Positions 1-13,022 of a DNA stretch of 64,000 nucleotides are shown in pieces. Location of the stretch: NCBI GenBank assembly GCA_964016885.1, contig OZ024756.1, positions 6,076,001 to 6,140,000 of the forward strand, given 5' to 3'. Under the pieces are notes generated by a model. The model saw only the letters and a program-made list of their open reading frames with translations. It was not told the DNA's origin and did no database searches. The translations under genes and the position numbers were made by a program. Source of the DNA: Eledone cirrhosa (lineage: Eukaryota). The first letter of the stretch is position 1. Every line of letters starts with the position of its first letter.

Positions 1-956
1 CAACTCATCAGCAATATTTACCTATCTACCGGCCTTTCTGGAGAATCTTAAAAGCACATATCGTTATATGCTTTTTCTATGAAAACTAGTAGTGGGCAGA
101 CCAATTTGCATACAGTGTGAGTACGTACCGGTTCAACGGAGACGATAAAAACAAATAACGAAACGAAATTAAATTTCGTTTCGTTTGTAACTCACTTTTG
201 TATGACTGACGCTTAAACACTTAAGTTAAAAATGTACATCTACATATGTATACTGAAATACTAGTATACCGGTTTGTCTGTGTGTTTACATACAGAATAG
301 CTGGATACTCACAGTAAAGTAACCAGTGAAAGACTTGGTACATCTACATATGTATACGTGTATGTATTCATATGCATACTAGTATTTCAGTATACATATG
401 TAGATGTACATTTTTAACTTAAGTGTTTAAGCGTCAGTCATACAAAAGTGAGTTACAAACGAAACGAAATTTAATTTCGTTTCGTTATTTGTTTTTATCG
501 TCTCCGTTGAACCGGTACGTACTCACATTCTATGCAAATTGGTCTGCCCACTACTAATTTTCATAGAAAAAGCATATAACGATATGTGCTTTTACGATTC
601 TCCAGAAAGTCCGGTAGATAGGTAAATATTGCTGATGAGTTGTAACAACAACGAAACTAGTTCAATATTCCTTGTCTGGCTTTCCGGGGAATAGAGGAAA
701 TGTGTTTCCTCAAAAACCAGTATGACTCTAAAAACCGGTTTGTCTGTGTGTTTACATACAGAATAGCTGGATACTCACAGTAAAGTAACCAGTGAAAGAC
801 TTGGTACATCTACATATGTATACGTGTATGTATTCATATGCATACTAGTATTTCGGTATACATATGTAGATGTACATTTTTAACTTAAGTGTTTAAGCGT
901 CAGTCATACAAAAGTGAGTTACAAACGAAACGAAATTTAATTTCGTTTCGTTATTT

Positions 957-960
<4 letters not shown>
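1..960 (+). mobile_element. Penelope-like/retrozyme-like non-coding element, family A (466-bp partial tandem plus inverted copy)
   Basis: 1-267 is the reverse complement of 376-642; 268-~493 recurs at 734-960 (period 466 bp); contains a hammerhead at 625-669; ends in (TA)n; left end runs off the window. Confidence 0.8.
625..669 (+). ncRNA. Minimal type I hammerhead ribozyme (family A)
   Basis: aatattg-CTGATGA-gttg(taacaa)caac-GAAA-ctag-TT-caatatt: 7-bp stem I, intact core, palindromic stem III. Confidence 0.85.
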
Positions 961-1019
<59 letters not shown>

Positions 1020-1089
1020 TTACAAGAGAAGTAGATAGATGTAGGTAGGTATACGCAAATACATACATGTATATATATATACATGTATA

Positions 1090-1174
<85 letters not shown>

Positions 1175-1177
1175 CAC

Positions 1178-1441
1178 AGAAATATAGAGAATCAGTGTTG
1201 CGACGAATGGAATTTATTGGACATATTACAATCGTTTCTCTCGCGACCAGCTCGAGCTTCCATAGAAACAACTGCTTCGTAGAATCAAGACGTATCTGAG
1301 GACCTTGCGATATTCAGAGTCAAGTTCGATCATCACATCGATCGTGCCTCAAGCTAGTCGTCAGAGAAACGATTGTTATATGTCCAATAAATTCCATTCG
1401 TCGCAACATTGATTCTCTTTTTTCAATTGAACCCGGGATAA

Positions 1442-1445
<4 letters not shown>
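1178..1445. mobile_element. Fold-back element in (TA)n, family B
   Basis: ~1187-1240 is inverted relative to ~1362-1418; CTGACGA on the minus strand at the arm end, no GAAA seen; tail ttgaacccgggataaac resembles ~28708-28726. Confidence 0.55.
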
Positions 1446-1512
<67 letters not shown>

Positions 1513-1516
<4 letters not shown>

Positions 1517-1872
1517 GGAGATGATTTTTATTGTAGTACAATAAAGCAATGCAGATATCGGATAAGTAGCACTCTACAGTTTGTAGGACTGAAGTATAAA
1601 TAATATATAAGATCAAAAGATGGTTAAAAGAGTTCCATGTATTTTATTATGCGCATTTCAAAAACAAATATCATCATCGTGAATAGTGCAGTTTTAAATC
1701 AACATATGTTGATTTAAAACTGCACTATTCACAAGTGTGTTTTAACCTTCATATCATGTCTCCCTATTTTATCTGACGAAAACGCAAATGTTATTGCATG
1801 ATGATATTTGTTTTTGAAATGCGCATAATAAAATACATGGAACTCTTTTAACCATCTTTTGATCTTATATAT
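1513..1872. mobile_element. Fold-back hammerhead element, family C
   Basis: Palindrome centred on caacatatgttg (~1700-1711); near-identical copies at 53660-54090 and 58340-59440; flanked by (TA)n. Confidence 0.8.
1765..1835 (+). ncRNA. Type I hammerhead ribozyme (family C)
   Basis: tattttat-CTGACGA-long AU-rich stem II-GAAA-tgcgca-TA-ataaaata. Confidence 0.85.
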
Positions 1873-1884
1873 TATATATATACA

Positions 1885-1929
<45 letters not shown>

Positions 1930-1970
1930 CATATATTGATAAATGGAAACTATATTTATAAAACCATATT

Positions 1971-2036
1971 TATATGATTATACATATTTCAAGGGAAACC
2001 AAGACAAATTATGGTGCGCTTTCATCAGATAAAATA
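1971..2036 (-). ncRNA. Hammerhead ribozyme, diverged (family D)
   Basis: Minus strand tattttat-CTGATGA-aagcgcacca...tggtttccctt-GAAA-tatgta-TA; homologous to 42380-42440. Confidence 0.65.
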
Positions 2037-2163
2037 CAGATACGTTTTATAAATAAATATTCACATACCCGGAAAAAAGACAACCTTAACGGTTGGAGCT
2101 TCCTGGATTTGTTGAATCCCAACAAATTAAATATAACCTCTGTATATATATATATATATATAT

Positions 2164-2297
2164 ATAAATTAATAAAAATAATGAATAAAAAAAAAGAAAC
2201 AGTTCCTTATATTAAAAAATTCATCATTTTAAAATGATGAATTTTTTAATATAAGGAACTGTTTGTTTGTTTTTATTCATTATTTTTATTAATTTAT
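2164..2297. repeat. Near-perfect ~130-bp palindrome next to (TA)n
   Basis: Arms centred on ttcatcattttaaaatgatgaa (~2230); same fold-back architecture as its neighbours, no complete hammerhead. Confidence 0.7.
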
Positions 2298-2421
2298 CTT
2301 GACTCTGCTTCCCTGTGTTTTTCATCGAAAATATTTTGAATACATCTCTTTTCATGATATTTGGATTACATTGAGTTCTTCATACGGATTGGACACTACC
2401 GTATATTTTGGTAGATTTATC

Positions 2422-2462
<41 letters not shown>

Positions 2463-2595
2463 CCATGTATGCTTTCATATGTCTATCAATGTGTTATTAT
2501 TTGTTTTCCATTTATGAAGATGTTAACTGATTTCACCTGATGCCATTAGACATTGTATAATGGAATAATGTCGTCGTTGAAAGTCCGGAAGGCAA

Positions 2596-2617
2596 TACAC
2601 ACACATACACACACACA

Positions 2618-2683
<66 letters not shown>

Positions 2684-3720
2684 ATAGAGAGTATGCTACC
2701 ACATTCATCACACTCACACACACATACGCACTGACGCACATACACATAATTGAGATCATGCTCACAAATTCATCACACTCACACACACTAATAGCTACTA
2801 ACACACACACACACACACTAGTGAGCAAGCTACCACGTTCATCACACTCACACACACATACAATCTGTCAGACACAAACTCACACACACACAATAAAGAT
2901 CATGCTACCACATTTGTCACACACACACAATAGAGAGCATGTTACCACGTCACCACACTCACACACACATACATACTGACAGACACACACACATATACAT
3001 ACTGACAGACAGACAAACACACACACACAATAGAGAGCATGCTACCACATTCATCACACACACATACATACTAGCAGACACACACACACACATGCATACT
3101 GAGAGACACACACACACATACATACTGACAGACAGACACACACACACACACACACACAATATAGAGCAAGCTACCACGTTCACCACACTCACACACACAT
3201 ACACTCCCACTTACACACATACACTCACACACACACACATGCACATTCACACACATGCACACATACACACACACACACATACACATACACACACCCACAT
3301 ACACATACACACACATACACGCACACACATACACATACACATATACACACACACACACAGATACACACATCTTATATCAACAAATAAACATATTTTCTGC
3401 GAAAACTGAATATTTCCAATACGAAGATTGTCAGCGGTGTATCCTTTTTGTGTGTGTGAGTGTGTGTGAGTGTGTGAGCGTGTGTGAGTGTGTGTGTGTG
3501 TATGTGTGTGCGTGAGTGTGTGTGTGAGCGTGTGGGAGTGTGTATGTGTGTGTGAGTGTGTGTGAGTGTGTGTGAGTGTGTGTGAGTGTGTGTGTGTGAG
3601 TGTGTGAGTGTGTGTGAGTGTGAATGTGCGTGAGAGTGTGGAGCGTGTGTGTGTGAGTGTGAGTGCGTGTGTGTAAGTGTGTGTGAGTGTGAGTGTGTGT
3701 GTGTGTGTGTGTGTATGTGT
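2596..3720. repeat. (CA)n/(TG)n compound low-complexity tract with interspersed gctaccacattcatcac units
   Basis: Direct reading; the CA-rich block (2596-3370) faces a TG-rich block (3450-3720). Confidence 0.9.
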
Positions 3721-3813
3721 GTTCGTTTAAACAATGATTTGCCATCGGTTGATGTCTTCAAAATCTCTGTCTCTTGAAACAATGTTTTTTTTAATAACAT
3801 CTCTCTCCCTCCT

Positions 3814-3911
<98 letters not shown>

Positions 3912-3939
3912 CTATCTATCTATCACGTACATATATATA

Positions 3940-5003
3940 CAATGGTGTATATGAAAGCATACTCAATATGTTTACGTATAATAAACATACTAGAGCCTCA
4001 CTATAAACAGTGTAAGCAGGGATCATATCACAGCTATATCAGTAGCCGTATGAGTATGCCAGACATGTGTTTCCGTTATAGGAGACATTTAGATACACTT
4101 TTACAGATATAAGAAGTAAGCTAGAGTAAGCTATATGCATGTTTTCTATATGAAACATGTTAATTTGCATATCGTTCATTAAATGGATTAATTAGCCTGC
4201 ATTGTCAAAACTATTATGAGCAACGCTATGTTAGTGCTTACTACTAATTCAGCAGAGTCGTTCAAATGAAAATCACCAGCTGATATTTCATATGCAAAGT
4301 CACATATCTCTATATATATATAACTGAGGATGTTCTGTCTGTGTTTTGTGTGAGTTTGAATCCCTAAAACTCGATAAGCACCCAACCGACTGTTTTCAAA
4401 CTTTACACATGTAATACTTATGTTCTGAGCCCCAAAAATTTCAAATATTCAATGCCCTAGGGACCGCATTAGGGGATTTAGCGATCTCTCTCTATAATTC
4501 TTAGTCTTTCTCTTTTTAGATAGATACATACATATAACGTCGCGCCCTTATTATATCTGTCTGTATGTCTGGCTGTCTGCTGCCTACAGTTAAGACAAAT
4601 CTCACACTCATTCCCCAAACTGTTGGTTAGTGCACACAACTTCTTCCTCACGTTTTAAGCCACAGTGTTGCTTACTTACATTACCACCACACCCTTACTT
4701 CTATGCCAGCCATGGTTGTGGCAATACTAAAACTTAGCTAAGGCGGTTATTATATTCCACAATACCTTATCCCGATGCAACGCCGGGTACCACTGCTAGT
4801 ATGTTATAAGTTTATACATGAGTTATTACCATAGTGGGTTAATGTCTGCCATGACAGATATAATTCAGAAACACGTGTCTGACATATACATACGGCTGCT
4901 GAGGTAGGTGTGTCATGATCACTGCTGAAACTATTTAAAGCCTGACTCTTGTATGATTATTAAACATAAACATAGGACATATGCCTTCATGTATACTCCT
5001 ATT
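3940..5003. mobile_element. Old, diverged inverted pair with a decayed hammerhead 3' half, interrupted by a Helitron-like insert
   Basis: ~3940-4075 is a diverged reverse complement of ~4868-5003; GAAA-cacgtg-TC-tgacat at 4868-4885, core degenerate. Confidence 0.5.
4307..4799 (+). mobile_element. Non-autonomous Helitron-like element
   Basis: 3' hairpin cccg-atgcaacgc-cggg (4771-4787) followed by CTAG|T (4796-4800); candidate 5' TCTCT(A/C)TATA starts at ~4307 or ~4485. Confidence 0.5.
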
Positions 5004-5040
5004 AGGTACCTGCTACTGTTAATCTACACACACACACACA

Positions 5041-5071
<31 letters not shown>

Positions 5072-5166
5072 CTCGTCTCACTCATATATATATATATATA
5101 TAATATTATATATAGAGAGAGAGAGAGAGAGATTGCAATAATCAAAGTTCAGTTTAAAATCATTAT

Positions 5167-5215
5167 TTGCTTACAATTGTTTCCTCCAAACCGAGGTTTG
5201 GATTCTTCGGAGCAA
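5167..5215 (-). ncRNA. Hammerhead with CCGAAGA core (family G)
   Basis: Reverse complement of 5832-5880. Confidence 0.7.
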
Positions 5216-5831
5216 CCTATTTAGTGATCTATAACATACTTGACTCTCCTTTTTAACGCAAGAGACATATAAAACATATGCACATATTGATCCACATGTT
5301 CTATATATTGCGTCTCATGGATTATGTGAGTGGTGGTGTGCCGCGAAGACAGTGGTAATGTTTTGCCTACGATACTAATATGGTTTATAATATAGTTTGA
5401 AATTTTAGATATTTTGGTGTTTCTCCACATTCGGGACTGTATATCATACAGGTGTATGCGAATAAATGATTTAATAATTCAGCCCACATAAGTAATATCG
5501 ATTGCCTGCTTCAACTGCCTGACCCCTGCAAATAACATTCTGACGCACTCTAATCCTGTAAAAATAAGACACGCGTGCATTGCTACACGTGAGATTGTTT
5601 CATACACTGACTACTCTAAACTTTTCCTCTTGCTTTATCTTCATAGACTGCCAATGCTTTCATTTTTATTTTCATTTTTATTATTATTTTTATCCTTTAA
5701 CCATTATATGTAAATTGCCATGCTATATCATTTTGATGGATGTCATCCCACTGTGGATCAATATGTGCATATGTTTTTATATGTCTCTTGTGTTGAAAAG
5801 GAGGTCAAGTATGTTACAGATCACTAAATAG

Positions 5832-5880
5832 TTGCTCCGAAGAATCCAAACCTCGGTTTGGAGGAAACAATTGTAAGCAA
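5832..5880 (+). ncRNA. Hammerhead with CCGAAGA core (family G)
   Basis: ttgct-CCGAAGA-a-tccaaacc(tc)ggtttgga-g-GAAA-caattg-TA-agcaa. Confidence 0.75.
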
Positions 5881-6161
5881 ATAAATGATTTAGAACTGAA
5901 CTTTGATTATTGTAATCTCTATATAACTGCTCTGTAAAGCAACCGATGTTATTACATTGAGCTATTTATCTTACTGGTAATAAGATAGTAATTAATGACT
6001 ATCTTTCACTATTTAAGGTTTGTATAAAAAATATTTTACCATAAAAGGTTTTATTACATACATAACCATAAATAGTATCCTTAATACTATATATATATAT
6101 ATATAAAATAAAATAAAATAAAATAAATAAGTCAAATGTTTAAAATTTGGCTTCGTTTATT

Positions 6162-6217
6162 ACTGCTATAAAATATTTCGGTGGCAGCCATCTTTGGCTG
6201 TGACCTCTTCAGACAGT
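6162..6217 (-). ncRNA. Type I hammerhead ribozyme (family H)
   Basis: Minus strand actgt-CTGAAGA-ggtcacagcc(aaagat)ggctgccacc-GAAA-tatttta-TA-gcagt. Confidence 0.8.
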
Positions 6218-6568
6218 CCGAATTAGTGTGGTATAGACAAGTACATATGTTGTTGAGGTGTATAATTTTGTCAATACTCTGATATGCCCAGATCCTAGTT
6301 GGGTTGTTATTTCACTGAGAAACTGGAATCATATATAACATGATTCCAGTTCCTCAGTAAAATAACAACCCAACCAGGAACTGGGCATATCAGAGTATTG
6401 ACAAAGTTCCTCAGTGAAATAACAACCCAACCAGGAACTGGGCATATCAGAGTATTGACAAAGTTGCTCAGTGAAATAACAACCCAACTAGGAACTGGGC
6501 ATATCAGAGTATTGACAATATTATACACCTCGACAACATGTGTACTTGTCTCTACCACACTAATTCGG

Positions 6569-6617
6569 ACTGCCTGAAGAGGTCACAGCCAAAGATGGCT
6601 GTCACCGAAATAGCAGT
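6569..6617 (+). ncRNA. Hammerhead with stem III deleted (family H)
   Basis: actgc-CTGAAGA-ggtcacagcc..ggctgtcacc-GAAA-TA-gcagt. Confidence 0.6.
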
Positions 6618-6936
6618 AATAAACGAAGCCAAATTTTAATCATTTGACTTATTTATTTTATTTTATTTTATTTTAAATTACTCCGGAGTAACCAAACCAA
6701 CCTGCGCACATCGTCGAGTGCTCCAATCTGCATACTGAGGCGTTGGTATACAACCAACATATACTAAAAAAAAAAAAAAAAAATAAAAAAAAAATATATA
6801 TATATATATATATAGTAATAATAACAACTGTGAAGACTAAAATCCAAAGAGGCCGCGAACGGGATCTTCTGAAACTATTTCAGAAGATCCGTTAAGAGTG
6901 AAAGCTGTGATTCTTTGCTTAAACTTTAATCTGTTA

Positions 6937-6978
<42 letters not shown>

Positions 6979-6999
6979 TGAGCGTGTGTGTCCGTGTCC

Positions 7000-7037
<38 letters not shown>

Positions 7038-7078
7038 ACGACATTAATAAATGGAAACTATATTTATAAAACCAGATT

Positions 7079-7142
7079 TATTTTATTATATATATTTCAA
7101 GAGCACCAAAAAAACTTTGCTACGCTCTCATCAGTTAAAATA
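7079..7142 (-). ncRNA. Hammerhead ribozyme (family D), within element ~7036-7417
   Basis: Minus strand CTGATGA-gagcgtagcaaag...ttggtgctctt-GAAA-tatata-TA-ataaaata. Confidence 0.7.
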
Positions 7143-7412
7143 CAAAATTTATTTTATAAATAGTGACATACCCGATAAACCAATCCGCATCGGTTCAGAT
7201 TCAATTTGGATAGTGAAAGAAAAAGAAAACATTCAAATCATTTAGGATGTATATGCAAATGAAGTAGAAGCGTACACTGTAAAAATCGTTATATATAGAC
7301 GCTAGGTAAATTTAAATAATTATTAGGATACTTTATAAAAGATTTTGTTGAATTACCAGCAAATTAAATATCACTTTGCTTATATATTGGCAATATGACC
7401 GTCCCAGAGTAT

Positions 7413-8111
<699 letters not shown>

Positions 8112-8112
<1 letters not shown>

Positions 8113-8343
8113 TTCATGGTGTGGATGTGGATGTTTTCAAGAAACATCTCCGCACCCTGCTATCCAGGATCCCGGATGACCCCACAACAAGACACAAGGG
8201 AAACTTAAGGGCAGCAGCAATGAACTCCCTCTTACACCAGTGGTCAACCACTGCAGGCTGGAGATAAAATGTGTAGCAACAAGGGCGGTGCCCCAGCATG
8301 GCCTTAGCCGGATGGCTGGAAGAGGTAAAAGAGTAAAAGAGTA
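8112..8343 (+). mobile_element. 3' end of a CR1/L2-group LINE (or LINE-tailed SINE)
   Basis: Degenerate translation LHGVDVDVFKKHL..LSRIPDDPT..RAAAMNSLLHQ resembles LINE ORF2 C-termini; tail (gagtaaaa)n; ggccatgctggggcacc segment recurs at ~15460, 15670, 41810 and 48195. Confidence 0.6.
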
Positions 8344-8994
8344 TATATATATATATATATATATATAAAGATGCAATCCCCAGGCAAATCTCAGAGGCAA
8401 CAAATATAAACGAACTCCAACCAAAATTAAAGAGAAAACATGAGTGGAATAGCAACATCACAACTAGTAATGAAGGTCAAAGTGCGCGCGCGCGTGTGTG
8501 TATGTGTGTGTGTGTGTGTGCGTGTGTATGTGTGCGCGGGCGCGAAATTAAATACTAAATTTTTTATTCAACAATTAGCTTCTCATATAACGTTTGCGTG
8601 AGCTTGTGCATGTATATGCCTCTGTATTTCTCTGTCTGCCTGTGCATGTATCTGTGTGTATGTGTGTGTGTGTGTGTATTTGTGTGTATTTGTGTGTATG
8701 TGTGTACTGGTGCGTGTGTCAATTCCAATACAGGATCAATTCAATTTGCTACACGTGTATCCCACCAAACAAAATTAGATATTGACTCACACCGTATCAA
8801 TTGAAACTGTTATGTGTTTCTCAACAGAACTCTATCGTTAATCAGACATGTAAGACTACCTTCAGTCATTTCAAGGTTTAAATATGTAAGTTTGATCTTA
8901 TTTACACAAACACCCAATCGATGCTTTTGGTTGTTGTTCTTTGTCATTTCACTAATTGTTATTTATTCTTTAATACTGTATTTCATTTTGTTAA

Positions 8995-9466
8995 CGGGTC
9001 TAAAATCGGTTCTACTGCCCCCACCCCTGGAGGGGCGTTGAGAAATTCTAGTGGCGCGCTGCCTAAGTGGACGGTAGAGATGATATACCGTGTTCCCCGT
9101 TGCCGAAGACTCTTCATCCTCGAGGAGGAACCCTAATTTTGACAACTAAACATTTGAAAGAAAAAATAAACAACCCTGGGCCTCCAGGACGCATGGTAGA
9201 TTTTTGAGACTTATTTTAGAGAAAAAGTAGCGTTTTCGACGCGGGGAAATACGGTAATAGTATATTACATTTCAAATGATACATATTATATATATATATA
9301 GTAAAATAAAAAATATATAATATTTATTTATACATAGTATATATTATATTATTTATTATACATTATTTATAATTTGCGTGTAGGCAAGACTCTCTGGAAA
9401 TATGGTAGGGGCTCGCTGAGGGTATTAGGTAGCCGTAAGGTGGCCTCAAAAGTTTGAGAACCTCTG
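8995..9466 (-). mobile_element. hAT-type MITE (same family as 30243-30588) with a nested MITE
   Basis: Ends in tttgagaacctctg (CAGNGGTTCTCAAA-type TIR); 9270-9410 is a diverged reverse complement of ~30330-30480. Confidence 0.55.
9088..9254. mobile_element. Tc1/mariner-pogo type MITE
   Basis: TIRs ccgtgttccccg / cggggaaatacgg with TA on both sides. Confidence 0.6.
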
Positions 9467-10117
9467 GTCTAGATTAATATTTAATTTGTTGGTCTTACAG
9501 TCATGAAGTAATATGTTTGTTTTCTGAACGAGGCGAGGCGTGGAGTTCTTCAGAAAATATTTTATTTCACGTTGCTACAGCAGGAAACCAAAAGCATTCA
9601 GCAGGAAACCAGAAACAAAATCAATTGTAACTGTAATTTAAAGAGCCAGCTAACTTATAAAATGTGCCACGTTGAATCTTCTGAGCAATGTTAAAAGTGC
9701 TTGATCCTATGTCGCCTGAATTTTCAGTGACATGCATGATGACTTGACAAGCAGGCTGTTTCCTTGATTAAACAACTGAAACCTACATCGTCGTTATCAA
9801 CGGAGGCGCAACACGCAGTCCATTGAGGTAGAGACAATCACTTGCATGATAGTTTAACAAGCAAACTGTTTCGTTGATTACAAGCTGGAACCCGCATCCT
9901 CACCATCAATGAAGGCTCAACAGAGGCCGTATGATACTTTCAGGAAGATAATTTATTTCATATCTGGCTAAGTCCATTGAGCTAGAAAATATTAGTTGTG
10001 CATGTAAATTTATTTCATGCTGCAAAATCTGGCGATGGGCCTGCGACCAGTCCAGGGAGGCGTGGTATAGACGCACAAGGGTTGCAAAACTCGAGACCCC
10101 AAAGAGTGTCCGGGCGA

Positions 10118-10264
10118 GAAGAAGAAGAAGAAGAAGAAGAAGAAGAAGAAGAAGAAGAAGAAGAAGAAGAAGAAGAAGAAGAAGAAGAAGAAGAAGAAGA
10201 AGAAGAAGAAGAAGAAGAAGAAGAAGAAGAAGAAGAAGAAGAAGAAGAAGAAGAAGAAGAAGAA
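10118..10264 (+). repeat. (GAA)n trinucleotide repeat
   Basis: About 49 uninterrupted GAA units; source of the poly-E and poly-F pseudo-ORFs. Confidence 0.95.
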
Positions 10265-11306
10265 CCGTGTAACGTTCACGTGCCTCTGCACGTGGATTTC
10301 TTGATAAGGCTGCTCAGATATTCAAACAACTGGTACACTCTTCCTCAAAACCGACGGATGTTCAACACTATATTTTATTTTGTATTTATTCAATTTAGTT
10401 TAACATTCATTCAGTTTTTAATTAATATATATATTTATAGTTCCATTTTTTCTTCCCTACACATACAAAGAAACAAAACAAAACCAAACTTTCAAATTAT
10501 ATTCTTCTCAGTTTGTTGAAATGTAAATTTTGAATTAAGAAACGTTGTATTACTTCAGGGAAAAGAGAAGTTGGATTACATTGTATAACAACCGGTAGAA
10601 TTCAACGGAACATATTGGGTTTCATTCATTTAAAATCTCGGGGGAAAACCATGAAGTTTTGTTTCAACGAATCTTACTTACAAAATGACAGCTTCGCCTA
10701 AAGTTACGCTTTTAGCTCAATCAACAACAATTGTAAATGGGGGAGTCTTCTCTTTTTTACTTTCCGTGGCTGTTTAACCTGCTAGAAATGGCAGTTATTT
10801 TTAAAATTCCTCATATATATTCTAGTGTTTTGAAATAAATAAAGGAGATATTAAGCAATGTAATCTGAGAGATAGGTAGAGAAGGAACGTACATTTAAAA
10901 ACACCATTGTCCCAACTGTCGTTTTTATATAACATTTGTATGTATGAAGCTCCATATGTGTTGTAAGGGCTATGTTTAGAATAAGAGGCTGAAGTAGCAG
11001 AGTCGTTAAAACATCGAGTGAAATCCGGTATATATTCCGGCACATTGCATTCTGAGTTCAAGTCCCGCTGATGTAAACTTGGACGTTCAATATTTTAAGC
11101 CCTAAAACATAATACCCAGTCCCGCACTGGAGTCGATTTAACCAACATTCTTCGCCTTCCAAATTGCTGGCCTTTTTCTTAACGTAGAATACAATATTTA
11201 ATTATATGAGGTGCTTATATTCTGATTTAAATTTCATCTTCTTCTTCGTCCACCACGTCTTCTCTTTCTGCTTCTTCTTCTTCTTCTTATTCTTCCTCTT
11301 CTATTA

Positions 11307-11370
<64 letters not shown>

Positions 11371-12104
11371 TTTTCCTTTATTTTTGCCTTCGTTCATTCT
11401 TTCATTTTCGTTAATAGCTGATTTACGAGTTGGAAATAGATAATAAAATCTGTCAGATGATTTCACGCTTTGATTAAGGGATGGAGATTTTCCAACAATG
11501 CAAGCTGTCGGCTTACTGAACTTTCACACATCTGTGCAGTGACTCGCGCATGCGTATTTACACCGGCGCCGTCGTCGTATATACATAAAACACTCTTGGC
11601 TAACCACTACAAAACCATGTTGCTCGTATACACACGTACGCATGCACACACGTACGTATGTGTTGATAGATATATAGATACATATAGACGTAAATACGTA
11701 TGTACAAATACTTTTACACCAATACATACACATGTACATAAAAACATGCATGCATACATACATGGAAACATATATAACTGTATACATACATACACACCCA
11801 ATCACACAAACACATACTTATATACACACATACATACCCTACGTATAGGAATATGTCTACATGAGCGTGTATATGTAGGTGCATATGTGTATTTGCGTGT
11901 GTATATGAAATATAAGTTTGTATTCTCTGTCTGTGGATATGAGAGTGTTTAAGTGTGTGTGTATAGTTGGTCCTATGATTATATATATATATATATATAT
12001 GTGTGTGAGTGTGCATATATTTATATTTATATATATATATATACAATATAATTGTTAATCTACACCTGATTTCTGTTTCTTCATTCTATTAAGCACACAC
12101 ACTC

Positions 12105-12156
<52 letters not shown>

Positions 12157-12560
12157 GGAGGACAAATATTTATTATTCACACAGCTTAAAAGTTTAAGAA
12201 ATTTCTGCTGACACCCCAAAGCGTGTTCTTCTGAAATATACACACACACACACACACATATGTATATATACATACATACATATATATATATATATACAAA
12301 TATACACCCACACACATATATATATGTATATATATATATATAGAGAGAGAGATTAATAAATAGATTAATAAATAGATTAATGTATTTATATATATATATA
12401 TATATATATATTGTTATACTTTGGGAGGGTCATGTTGCCAATAAGAAACACACACACCAGTTGCTTTCACTTCAACTTATTATAATAAATTCATAAATTT
12501 AGTAATTTATACATTTCTGGTTGGTTGGTTGGTTCCACAACCAGATAGTTGTTTATATAT

Positions 12561-12605
12561 TGTCAAAGTTCTTTCGTCACACATTCGTTGACCTCTTCAG
12601 TGACA
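12561..12605 (-). ncRNA. Type I hammerhead ribozyme (family K)
   Basis: Minus strand tgtca-CTGAAGA-ggtcaacgaatgtgtgac-GAAA-gaac-TT-tgaca. Confidence 0.75.
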
Positions 12606-12671
12606 GGGGATTCTTTTCTTTGTTTTTGTGCCTCTCCTTTGTTCTGTCCTACGCCATTTTGTTTCTGTGTG

Positions 12672-12716
12672 TGTCACTGAAGAGGTCACAGAATGTGTGA
12701 CGAAAGAACTTTGACA
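12672..12716 (+). ncRNA. Type I hammerhead ribozyme (family K)
   Basis: tgtca-CTGAAGA-g-gtcaca(gaatg)tgtgac-GAAA-gaac-TT-tgaca. Confidence 0.8.
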
Positions 12717-12923
12717 ATATATAAACAACTATCTGGTTGTGGAACCAACCAACCAACCAGAAATTTATAAATTCCTAAATTTATAAATTTATTATAATAA
12801 ATTGAAGTGAAAACGACTGGTGCGTGTGTTACTTATTGGCAACATGACCCTCCCAAAGTATAACAATATCGGTTTCAACACACGATTTCAGATAAAGAAT
12901 CTTGCTAAACAAATTCAGAAACG

Positions 12924-13022
<99 letters not shown>

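Larger units (their letters stand above)
5130..5920. mobile_element. Fold-back hammerhead element, family G
   Basis: ~165-bp arms 5130-5295 and 5751-5920 around a ~455-bp spacer; each arm contains a hammerhead. Confidence 0.8.
6106..6765. mobile_element. Fold-back hammerhead element, family H, with internal 57-bp tandem x3
   Basis: ~6106-6320 is inverted relative to ~6467-6675; 57-bp units start at 6353, 6410 and 6467. Confidence 0.8.
12410..12870. mobile_element. Fold-back hammerhead element, family K
   Basis: Arms 12410-12605 and 12672-12870; both inner arm ends coincide with the 5' strand of hammerhead stem I. Confidence 0.85.

Noticed and set aside
9998-10519. Poly-Glu protein ORF
   Set aside because: (GAA)n microsatellite; the flanks have no protein-like features or clear splice sites
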